64,000 nt of DNA, taken from Moniliella sp. 'wahieum'. Taxonomy: Eukaryota. Position numbers and translations under genes: made by a program. The DNA is taken from positions 62,001-126,000 of the forward strand of contig RSEE01000145.1 in assembly GCA_003971905.1 (NCBI GenBank), in the 5' to 3' direction. The notes below the pieces were generated by a model, which was not told where the DNA came from, did not search any database, and saw nothing but the letters and a program-made list of their open reading frames with translations. Shown here one piece after another: positions 30,774-41,727 of this stretch. The stretch's first letter is position 1, and each line of letters begins with the position of its first letter.

Positions 30774-31368
30774 ATGTCCCTCGTTCCCATGGACGCGTCG
30801 CAGAGCTTTGCGCACATTCTGCGTTTGCTCAACACCAACGTTGACGGCAGGGTCAAGATCATGTACGCCCTGACCCAGATCAAGGGTGTTGGTCGCCGCT
30901 TCGCCAACATGGTGTGCAAGAAAGCCGACATTGACCTGAACAAGCGGTACGTTTCTCCTCTTGGCTGGACGACGTAGTAGGCGATGCGTGTTCCGCCTCC
31001 GTCCCACGGCCTTGCTCTCCACCCCCTCGGGCCTTGAGTAGAGCGTGAGGATACTGACCGCTACTCATTATGACAGTGCCGGCGAGCTCAACTCGGACGA
31101 GCTGGAGCGTGTGGTCAACATTCTGCAGAACCCTCAAGAGTTCAAGATCCCTGACTGGTTCCTCAACCGGCAGCGGGACGTGACGACGGGCAAGTCGTCG
31201 CAGCTTGTCTCGAACAACATTGACTCGGCTCTGCGTGAGGACATTGAGCGCCTCAAGAAGATCCGCGCTCACCGTGGTATCCGCCACTACCTCCAGCTGC
31301 GCGTTCGTGGCCAGCACACCAAGACTACTGGTCGCCGCGGCCGTGCCATCGCCGGCAAGAAGAAGTAA
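30774..31368 (+). CDS. RPS18: 40S ribosomal protein S18 (uS13)
   Basis: [34 protein letters not shown], intron 30947-31075, then [37 protein letters not shown]. Probable 5'-UTR intron GTAAGT(30709)..CAG(30764). Confidence 0.98.
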
Positions 31369-32441
31369 ACGCCCACTGGTCTATTTCTTTTTTGCTCCTC
31401 ATCTCAACGTCTCCGCTTGCAGGCGGGGCCTCGTTTGGCTTGACCAGGAGCGGAACACTATGCCCCTAGGCATTCCCGCAGCGTAGTTTCGCTGTACAAA
31501 ATGGCACGGTCTTGATGCTAACCCAAGACGGGCTGCCTATATGATGTTCCATGGGACCGAATTGGGAAAGAGGAGAGACAAGAGTGGCCGTCTCAATGTT
31601 GCAGTCATAGCATGTGCAAATCTTATTAGACAGGGACAAGGAAACGCTGCGTTTACACTAGGCTGGCTCATTAATCATTTGGCGTGCGCTGCTCCCCATC
31701 CGCAGGAAATGAAGACAGCGACTGGCTGGAGGAGCGTTTCGGAGCGATCCGAGTCGCTGGGTGGTAACCGGTAAATCACTTATGCCTATGTAAGGCAACG
31801 CTGGCGGGGGGGGGCATTGCGAGTGTCTGATGCTTGATGGATCATCGAACGTCCAGGCGTTTCGAACATATTGGCGCTCAGCGCCCCAGCGCCCATCATC
31901 AAAGCAACTCGCCTTCCTCCCACTGCCCACCCACTCATCACTGCTACTCGTCTCCACTAACCTTGCCTTTTGTCTGCATTCAGCCCCTGACTATGCTGGG
32001 CACCTCTGACAGCGAGTCTAATGGTTGCGCACGTTTCGATGAGAGGACTACATACTAGTATGGGACTCTGTGTATGTATCTTTAGCTACGCGTTTACCGT
32101 TTACCACGTTTCCAGGCCGGTTACCGTGATCCCCTCCGTCTTTCAATATGGTAACAAGAAATCCGTTGTGACGATAACATGGTGGAACAAAAACATGGTG
32201 GGACAAAAACACGACAGGGAGAAAGAAGCTATTCTTGTATCCAGGCTTGCGAATAAGGAGTTGCATCAAGGCATCTCATACAAAAGCAATGCACAGTGTA
32301 AGCTCAGAAATTGCGAAGAGAGCTGCAGGAAAACGTGGCCACGGCGTTAAAACGTAATAATCGCAACACGACAGAGAACATGTCAACAAAACAGTAAGTT
32401 CCCAGGTCGCATTTGCGATGCGGTCCTTGGAGAAATCAAGA

Positions 32442-33548
32442 TTAGTTTCCCACTTTGACCATACGAGAATCCACGATCCGATCGACCCAGTCGGAAGGGA
32501 GCGCCTCCTGCTCGACATGGAGTTTGCGGTAGTGCCGCTGCGCATCGTACTTGCGCGCAAACGCTTTGTGGCACCCATCGACCGGACAGGTAAAAGGACG
32601 AGGCTGCTCGGGGTTGTGCGTAAGGTTATGAGCGGTCAAGTTGTAGTTGCGCACAAATACACGCCCACAGTGGTCGCAAGGAAAATGTCCTGTCAACCGT
32701 CGCCGACGCCTGGCTTGTTTCGGCTTTCCGTGAGGATTCAGGCTGCCGTCGGATTGGGTGCGACGATGCTGCTTCGACGTAGTGGACAGTCCTACTTTCA
32801 CCGACTCGCTACGTCGGCCGCGTGGGAGCGGGGGAGAGAGCGGAACTTCTTGGCCGCTGATGGGGTCCAGGGAGGACACGGCAGGCTGCGGGAAGGAAGA
32901 AGAATCGGCTTGGGGCGGCGTGATAGCTGGCCAGGAGAGAAGCTCCTCTTTCGATGGAACAACAGTCGAAAACATGTTGGGCCACAACTAGAATGGAGAG
33001 GCGAGTTAGCACGGACCCACAGCAGGCTGGATTGACACGACGAGGGGGGGGAAACGTACACCAAGTAGGTTATTTTGCACCGGTGCAGCAGGCCAGCAAG
33101 CCGAAGTGTCGATTGGGGGAACTTGCACCCCAGACGCACACGAGCCCGGAGACAAAAAGGATGGTTTGAGCGCACTAATGTACGGGAAGGCCGGGGACGA
33201 GGTGAGTGGCGGGGCGGTCGCTGCTGGGGATGGTGGGAAGCTATGGTTGTCCGGTTGGAGTGATGGGAAATCAACAGGGCCAACCGACGTGAACGCTGTG
33301 TTAGCGTCGGTCATTAACGGTGGCAGCTCGGGAAGCAGCTGCCGGGGAAGTATGCTGAAGGGCGACTGGGAAAAAGTGGGTTCGCAGCGCTGCGGCACGT
33401 GCTCTTGTCCAACGCACGGTAGCTCCGCGGAGATGTTGGGGGAAAGCCCAAGAACGGGGTCATCGCCCGCAGCAAGGAAGCCGCTGGACTCGCTGGAAGG
33501 CGACATGGCCAGAAGCATGTCGAAGGGGGGCGGGGTGGTGGTGGCCAT
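32442..33548 (-). CDS. C2H2 zinc-finger transcription factor (two Crz1/Swi5-like fingers)
   Basis: FPCDHCGRVFVRNYNLTAHNLTH-NPEQPRP-FTCPVDGCHKAFARKYDAQRHYRKLH at ~32690-32515, with a Pro/Ser-rich N-terminus from ATG 33548. One frameshift near 33000; a terminal intron is possible. Confidence 0.85.
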
Positions 33549-34779
33549 TGGGGAGGCGGGGATGGGGATGAGGATGGTGGTGGGGAAAGTGGCAGCGAGG
33601 GGCGTCGAGCAGCTGCGGAAGGACGGTGCGGTAAAAGGATGGATGGAGCTAGGCAAATATAACACGACTTGTGGCATCATACACATCATGCTTCGATTCC
33701 AGATTAGCACTCCCTGTTGCACGGGTTCAGCACCAGATTGCATCATTCCAGTCTTTGCAGTCGGCTCGGAACCTTGGCCAGCCACCCTACCCAGCCACCC
33801 AGCGCCTCCCGCACCCCGCGTCCAGCGCCCAGCGGGGACCCGTGGGGTCCAGCGTCGAGCGCCAAGTGGGGACCAGGGCCGTGTTCCGGCTGTGGGCGGG
33901 GGTGCCTGGCACCAGGTATGCGAGCGCAGGCAGGAAGAATACGACACTGATACAGGGTGATGGGTTTTGCCGGGCAGGGCAGTTACGCGTTACGAGGCAC
34001 ATGCGGGCACTGATCGAACTGATCCCCGGTCAGCGCGGTCAGCGCTGAGCTGGTCTCAGGCTTCAGAGCTTCAGCTGAGCTTCCTGAGCTTCACGCTTCA
34101 GAACGTTGAACCGTTGAACGTTTCCTAGTTACTAGTTACTAAATCACTCGCCCACTAGCTACTACAGCCTACTAAACCTAGAAGAACTAGAAGAAAGCTT
34201 CACGCTTGACACTTGACTTGAAGAGACTAAGTGATACCTGAGGAGGGTTACGAACGTGACATTATAGTCACTCCATCTCCCATTTCGTCTACAGCACGTC
34301 TCTAAGTTTTCGTGTGCCAAGATCTACCTCTGACGCGCCAAGGCTATAGCTCTATAGCCGCTTGTGCGGATACAACTCCGACAGAATGGCGAAGAGCGGT
34401 GAAGCTGGTGAAGCATGAAGACAGATGGTTGGAGAGAGAAAATGGTGGACCCCGCCGGCCCAAACGAGGGCCTGTGAGGCCTCTGAGGTTAGGCCTGAGG
34501 CATGCAGAAGGGTGGTCATATCAGCCGGACTGAACTGGGTCTATTAACCCAGGTTTCCACCGCACCGAAGGCTTACTATATACTAACGTTGAAGCTTGAA
34601 GCTTGAAGGTTCAAGTACCGGTTGAACCCGGTAGCTCAGGCTGAGCGCTTGATATATGCGATCAGCTAGGAGGCTGTACGATATGTGATCGATCCGTGAT
34701 CCCGGGGGGATCGGGTGCCGTGGCATGATGCGTATGGCGCATGATGCACACGGGGGAAGTCGACCGATGTTTATATCGA

Positions 34780-34870
34780 CTAGAGGACCACCAGGCCTAC
34801 GGCCCCGCTTGCTTGCCACCGTTCCACCCTTCCATCATCGCCACCGTAGCCGCCGTTACCGCGTTACCCT
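34780..34870 (-). mobile_element. Helitron-like 3' terminus remnant (degenerate)
   Basis: A|CTAGAGGACCACCAGGCCTACGGCCC..GCCACCGTTCC..GCCACCGTAGCC, homologous to 47047-47200. Confidence 0.55.
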
Positions 34871-36639
34871 GTTGTTCAACGTTCACCGGCACCACGGTCA
34901 GGATGGTTTAATGTTTATCACCCACGGTTGGATCTGGCTGCGGGTGGCTGTGAGCAGCTTAGCGCTTATGCAGCTTATGTCAGAACTGTAAGGTTACGAT
35001 TTCGACCGGGACGCTTTCTTGTTGACGTCGACATGCATGACATGCGACAAACAACACACGCCCCATGGACGGGTCGGTGTCGGCGCAGCGTTTCTTTGTC
35101 CCATCGTCAATATCAATGAGATGTGACATGGTTACAACATAGGGATGATCGATGCTGTGGCCAAAACTGGGGCGAGTTGTTAAAGTTACTGCAGCCCCAC
35201 AGGTGCGGTGATTCTGGGGGTCGGGTACACTCAGTCTGAGTACGCACCTCGGTGACCGGTGAGATTCTGAGATCTGTAATCGATAATCGATGATCTAAGA
35301 CCCTCGATCCGGGAAGCGATGGTGTCGATGGTGAGATCAGAGATCGATCTCGCTATGTATCAAGAGACAAGAGAGGCCCCGTTCGCCTCGTAGTGACCTA
35401 GTGACCTAGTGGCCCTGGGGCAGTGACTAGTGGTGACTAGGTGACTAGGATGCATGACAGTGTCGCACCCGTGGACAGGGTGATATGCATGTGGCAAAAA
35501 CCGCCGCTCCCATTAATTCAAAGACCACTGCTGCGCCGGCTCTACTAACAAAGCACGATTCAGAGTACGCGCACGGTGAGGGCCTTTTGGGGCTCCAACG
35601 AGGCAACGTCCAACGCCCAACAGGCTCGAACGCCAGCGAGTTTGGGATTTGTGATGGCAGCGGTGGCAGCTGTCAGACTGACATGTCCGGCCTTAGTACG
35701 TTATCGCGTTATAGATCCTAGATCCCAGAAGTGGGGGGATCCGAGGGCACATTGGCGCGTAAAGCGTAACGTTAGGCGTTATCGTTAACGTTTAACCCTG
35801 TTGACCCAAAGGGTCTGAATCTGGGGGCCATCACCTCCGAGATCATCGATCACTCTGACCTTCTTACATAGGCGAGTACCATGCCAGTATCCCTATCCTC
35901 TGGCCTAGTGCCACTCCAACTTCTTCTTATTTTCCTGTCTTCCCTTGCACTGAGGTTGCCGCTGGGGGACCAGGATCGTTAAACGTTAAACCCTTCCTTT
36001 GCCACAGGCCACGATCATTATCGACATAATCAGGCCTCAGGGCGTGATCGATGATCGATGTCGATTATCGATGAACGCAGATCTCAGACCACAATTTACT
36101 AGTACTCGTTTAAACGTGTCATCGATCGACTGTAATCAATATCCTTGACATCGATCAAACCAAATGGAATGATGCATGGTGTATGATGCAATGATGCTAT
36201 GACCAGCATGAGCGGTCCGAGGGCGTGAGGGCCTGACCTGACCGAGAACACGTGTCATGCATGCCATGCAGCACATGTGACATGCGGCATGTGAGCCTAT
36301 GGCGCCTATGAGCGCTGAGCCTGTGACCGGGTGACCATGTAACCTCTTCCCCCTCCCTCCATCGACCATCGACCATGAAACGATTAACGTTTGACGTTTT
36401 ACACTAACGTGTACCGGTTCCGGATTTTTGAAAACGAATGCCTGTTGAGAGAGACAAGAGAAAGTTACCGAGAAATTCCCAATTGATTAATGAGATCTCT
36501 GAGATTTGAGATATCTCAGAATCGAATCTTCGCTTCTTCATTGACTTCATTACGAAAGCAATCTTGTGTCTCGCCATTGAATATGGACCGAGCATGGCGC
36601 CCATCTGTTAGACTGTGATCCTGCAGCTGCTCTCATCCC

Positions 36640-36711
36640 GGCTCGATAGCGTAGTGGTAACGCATCCCTGGCCAATAGGCGATGACATGGGTTCGAATCC
36701 CATTCGAGTCT
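36640..36711 (+). tRNA. tRNA-like Pol III gene with aberrant anticodon arm (nominal anticodon CCA; possibly pseudo-tRNA)
   Basis: Acceptor GGCTCGA/TCGAGTC, D arm GCGT-AGTGGTA-ACGC, T arm ATGGG-TTCGAAT-CCCAT, 72 nt, TTTT shortly downstream. The anticodon arm TCCCT-GGCCAAT-AGGCG lacks U33 and has a C-C mismatch. Confidence 0.8.
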
Positions 36712-37472
36712 CTTCTTTTCCTCACTATTTCCCCCGGGCTGTGCACTCTCACACCATCGGTTCATGAACAGGTCTGAGCATACGCAGTACTCGGTACTCA
36801 TCGGCTCATCGCTCATCGCTACAGCTCAGCGAACGCACAGCCTGAGTAGGCCTGATGCACAGGTCGAGCTGAGCGCCTGAGCTCGTTAAGCTATAGTTGA
36901 TGCTGACCCTCTCAGGCTGAGAGTTGATGATGCACTACTATGGCTGGTGTCGATGGTGGGCTCGTCTGATGCAGCTACGAAGCTGAAGAGCGAGTACGGT
37001 TGACGCGTTGACTCGTGACGTCATATAGGGTACTGTATATCATGTAACATTCTGCTGCTATCCCCGCACTGCCTATATAGAGATCTACCTTGTGCCAAGG
37101 GTACAGTTGTGCCCTGCCCCGTTCGCTTATAGCCCGCATCGTGTTTTACACAACGCACAGTGTGGGCCAATTAGTAAAAGTTGAACGTTAAAGCCGGTCT
37201 TCCAGCAAATAAGGCTCAAAACCCCTCCCCGATGTCTGCAACCTTCCTACGCCTGTTTCTTCCTCCCCGCCTCGACTGAGTACTAACTGAGTACTGATGC
37301 CATCGTATGCATCATGCATCATGCATCACGCAGGCGCCATTCGAGGGCCAAGACAAGGGTATGACCTGATGGAGATGGATCAGGCCCTCAGGTCGATCAA
37401 ATGAGCCTGTCAATTCTACATTCTCAACGGTCAACGATTATCGACTACTAACGACTACTGCTAATCCCTGAT

Positions 37473-37732
37473 TGCTTGAATGAGACTTGGGAGCACTCGC
37501 GATCCTATGAATCAACTGCAAACCAGCCTTGAGACAAGGCATGAAGGGAAAGTGGTCAGCCACAAGTATTCAAGCAACGTGCGAAGGTAAGGAGACATGA
37601 TAGAGGGCGGGGATATGGAGCGCGCAGGGGTGCTCAACCTGGGAGCGGAACTCTTCCGCCCGCGGCGAGGCGAGCGTCACCGATCAACTGATCCGAGGGC
37701 CGTGCGGGGGGACCCTAGCATACCCTCCAACT
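37473..37732 (-). mobile_element. Old diverged solo LTR of the same family as 37875-41985
   Basis: TGCTTGAATGAGACTTGGGAGCACTCGCGATCCTATG...ACCCTAGCATACCCTCCAAC aligns to the intact LTRs; flanks CTGAT/CTGGT look like a decayed 5-bp TSD. Confidence 0.85.
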
Positions 37733-38295
37733 CTGGTTTCTTCTCGAGTGTTTCGGGCAAGAAGCTGAGAAGTTGAAGACGTTGAAGACGTTGGAAATCC
37801 ATACGAAAAAGGGACGGGGGGGAGAGGAAGCGTACACCTTTCCCCGAAACTGGAAAATAATTCGGCCCACTTTTTGCTAGAGTGCGACTTGAGAGCACTC
37901 GCGATCCTATGGATCAGCTGCAAAGCAGCCTTCAGACAAGGCGTGAAGGCAAAGTGGTGAGCCACAAGTCTTCAAGCAACGTCTCATTGTGAGGAGCAAC
38001 AGGTCAAGAAAGGGAGATGGAGCGAGCAGGGCGTGCGCGGCCTGCGAGCGGAACGCTTCCGCTCGGCTAGGCGAGCGGAACGCTTCCGCTCGGCTAGGCG
38101 AGCGTCACCGATCCATTGAGGGCCGCGCAGGAGAACCCTAGCAGTACCCTCTAACAGCCCCCCTCGGTGAGCTCGCCAGACCACAGGTGGTGGTGGTCCT
38201 CGGCCAAGGGCCAAGGCATGGGTGAAAGAAGAAAGGATGTCTCCAACGCCTCTGGTCAAAAAGTGAAATGAAAAACATAATTGGCAAGCGATGTT

Positions 38296-38592
38296 GCCAA
38301 GTCAAGGGAAGAGAAACAGTATATTCAACGCATGGAGGTAAGGAGGAAGCGTAGAAAGTCACAGAGGTCAATTCAACTTGGAAGTATAAACAACATGTTC
38401 CAAGTCGAAACAGGATGTTCAACGTATGAGGGAGGAAGCGTAGGAAGTCATAGAGGTCGATTCAACTTGGAGGTAGAAACAACATGTTCCAAGTCGAAAG
38501 AGTATGTTGAACGTGTGCAGGTAAGGAAAAAGCTTTGAAAGTCATAGAGGTCGATTCAACTTGGAGATATAGACAACATATGCCAAGTCGAA
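38296..38592. repeat. ~90-100-bp tandem repeat x3 in the element's 3' untranslated part
   Basis: Recurrent AAGTCATAGAGGTCGATTCAACTTGGA..AACAACATGTTCCAAGTCGAA. Confidence 0.85.
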
Positions 38593-38857
38593 CCGAAGCC
38601 AAAGTCGAACAGTAAAAACGTAGAGTTGGAGGTCGAGTAGAGCCATAGAAGGCAATGCAACTTGAAAAGAAACCAACAGGTCAAATTTGGCACAGCCATG
38701 AAAAGGAGAAAAGGACCAAATTCAGGACAGAAAAAGGATGACGACTGGTCCAAACGTCACGCGGACCAGCGTCAACGATGGTTCGAAAGTACCGTGTAGG
38801 TGATCAGTACACTTAGCAAGCAGCAACGCTGGCCAGGGCACGACCAAAATCGTCCGG

Positions 38858-39412
38858 GCCCGGGTCAGGGATGAAAGTGCAACGGCTGCCCATGTAGCGT
38901 AGAGACAGTGCCTCCCGTCTTGAGACAGCCAAAGAAACTCCCACTTGGGCCAGAAAGGAAACCATAGCCGCCCATGCAGCCCACACAGTTAACAGCACCG
39001 CCAATCTTGGAACGGTCAAGGTACCCCGCGCCCGGGTCAGGCAGGAAACGGCCACAACCATTAGTGTAGCCTAAACCGTCAACAGCACCCCTGCTCTTGA
39101 GACGGTCAAAGTACCCCCCGCCCGGGTCAAGTAGGAAACTACCACAACGTGTAACCGAAACTGTCAACAGCAGCACTTGTCTTGGGACGATCAAAGTACC
39201 CCCCGCCCAGGTCAGATAGGAAAGTGCCACCGCTGCCCGTGTAGCCCAAAACAAACGGTGCCCCCCATCGTGGATCGGTCAAAGTACCACTGGTCCGAGT
39301 CATGTAAGAAACTGCCACAGCCGCCCGTGTAGCCCCAATCGTAAACGGTGCCTGTGGTCTTGGAACGATCAAAATACCACCCGCCCGGGTCAGATAGGAA
39401 GCCGTCAGAACC
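38858..39412. repeat. ~90-bp tandem repeat x6-7
   Basis: Recurrent CTTG.GACG.TCAAAGTACCCCC.GCCCGGGTCAG..AGGAAA. Confidence 0.88.
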
Positions 39413-41727
39413 GCCCATCATGTTGGGTGCAATGGGAGAGCGAGACGTTAAAGCAGAGCACACAAGAGGGCCAACGAGTCCGCACATTACCTCCCTAGCT
39501 AACCAAGTAAGAAGGGCAGCTAGGGTGGCTTGCGTCGGTGGGCCCCGGCCTTGGGACCTCAGGTCAGTATCGATATTCTCTCCCGACATGACAATGTGTG
39601 CCTGAGGATCGGTACCGTGCCCATACGCAATGTGGAACAGGCAGGCCTGCCAACACATGGTGAGTATCGCTGAAAAGGGTGGGTGGGAGGGAACAGTAAG
39701 GCAAGGTGGTCCGGGCGCGTAAATGCATGTGCGGAAGGACGGGGGCAGCCCCCCTTTTTTCCGCATCCCGTCGATGGCCGCAAGCTCTGACACAGCGGCA
39801 ATCGCCTTCCCTGCGTATGGTGCTAGGCCGACCGTGAAAAGCTTGTCCGCAAGCTCGGCGACCGCTAATTCTCCATGTCCAGCCGCCAGGTCGACACCGC
39901 CACACGCCATCGGCCCCCCTTGATCGGACGCTCGGCCAATAGCAGCGCGCGACATCGGTCCCCCTTGGTCAGGCACCAGGCCGACACGTCCACACGCCAT
40001 CGGCCCCCCTTTGTCAGGCGCCTGGCCAATAGCACCACACGCTATCGGCCCCCCTTTGTCAGGCGCTTGGCCAATGGCACCACACGCGGTCGGCCCCCCT
40101 TTGTCGGGCGCCTGGCCAATAGCACCACACGCTATCGGCCCCCTTGGTCGGGTGCCTGATGGACGTCAATGGGAACCGGGCCACCAAGCGCCTGGTCGGA
40201 CGCCATGCCATCCACCGGCCCCCCTTTGTCAGACGCTAGGCCAACCACCGGCCCCCCTTGATAGGGTGCCAAGTCAGCCATTGTTTCCCCTTCATCGGGT
40301 GCAAAGGCACCGAGCGTAATCAGCCCCCCTTTACCAGGCGCCGGGACTGCAACGGGTACCGGGCCACCAAGCGCCTGATCGGGCGCCTGATCCTGAGCCA
40401 CGATAGCAACTGACATGGACCTGGGGGAATGCACCTCCCGTGACGCATAGTCACCACCCGCTGGGGGTAAGCCCGGGCCGACAGATGCCATCGCAGCCAC
40501 AGGATCCGGTTCGGCGATAGCAGCTGGCGTGGACCTGGGGGAATGCACCCCCAGTGACGCATGGTCACCACCCGCTGGGGGTAAATCCGGACCAACAGAT
40601 GCCATCGCAACTGCTGGAACCTGAGCAGCAACAGCAACTGACCCCTCCTGGAGCGAATGCGCCTCCGACGTCGTATGGACTTGATCCGCCGGTCGTGAAT
40701 CAGGGTCGACGGATTCCATCGGAGCCACAAGGTCATGAACCACGACAGCAGGTGACATGAACTCGGAGGAATGTGCTTCCGACGGCATACAGGCACCATG
40801 TTCTGTGAGTAAGTACGGGCCAACAGACGGCATTGCTGCAACAGGGTCATACCCAACAGCAGCTAACTCAGCCCCGGACTTGGGACTAGCGGAATGCATC
40901 GTCAGTAAATCAGGACCAACGCGTGGCATCTTGCCCAGAGGCTCATGGGCGACAGCAACTGGCTCACACGCGGGCGAAGCAAGGTGTTCCGCTGGCTCGC
41001 TGGCACCACGAGCCGGGAAAGGCTCGTCAACGAGTGGTGCTGCAACCAGAGGTTTACCCTCTCCACCAATGCAATCACGAGAGCAATCCACATCCTTGGG
41101 GCCAGACACGACCACACCTTGGGGCGCTCTGATACAGTCCGCTGGGTCGAGGAGCATGTCACGCATGGCACGACGCTTCAGATCGACACGGTGTTTGGAA
41201 GCCTGATTGTCCTCGTACAGTTTCCAAGCATTACGCACTGCCTTGAGATGGCGAAAGATTGCCTTCTGCAAGTCCTCAAAGGTGGAGAAGCGATGAGACT
41301 TGGTATAAAAGACGTAGGCAACATAGAAGTCGGTCGGTGTGAGCAAGAAGTTTTCGCCACCATGGCCCTTATTGTAGTCGGTAATGATATCAGCCACAAT
41401 AGAGTCCTTGTCTGCCACTGCAGAACCAGGGGCCGGGGAGGCTATGCCCTTCCCCGGGATACCCCAGCGGCGAAGGGTAGGAATGACGTCCTGGATGAAA
41501 TCGGCAGCGACATCCACGTCAACGTCCCACAGGATGTTGTTCAGTCCAGACCAAGCACCAATCGTGTGCTTGATTCGAAAAACCGGCCACTTCGCTGTCT
41601 TGCCAGGGGCCATCCCGTCTTGGGAGTTGGGGTTAAACTCGCCACGACGAACATCCGCTTCCACAATGTCATCAGGCGAGGAAACCGGGTGCGCAGAATG
41701 CGCAGAGGCAGAAGATAAGGGCGACAT
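38865..41727 (-). CDS. Element-encoded ~950-aa repeat-rich protein (possible divergent Gag N-terminus), broken by a few 1-nt shifts
   Basis: The ATG lies inside the PBS (MSPLSS..). The 531-aa ORF 41727-40132 continues via 40000-39212 and 39254-38865 with 15-aa (APDKGGPIACGAIGQ) and 30-aa (FLxDPGGGYFDRSKxxGxVxxxGYTGGCGS) repeats. Confidence 0.6.
39899..40275. repeat. 45-bp tandem repeat array
   Basis: CCACACGCTATCGGCCCCCCTTTGTCAGGCGCCTGGCCAATAGCA units. Confidence 0.9.

Noticed and set aside
30947..31075. Intronic snoRNA in RPS18
   Set aside because: No C box or H/ACA architecture visible
38296..40275. CRISPR-like repeat/spacer appearance of the tandem arrays
   Set aside because: Eukaryotic context, units are homologous along their whole length with no unique spacers, and there are no cas genes
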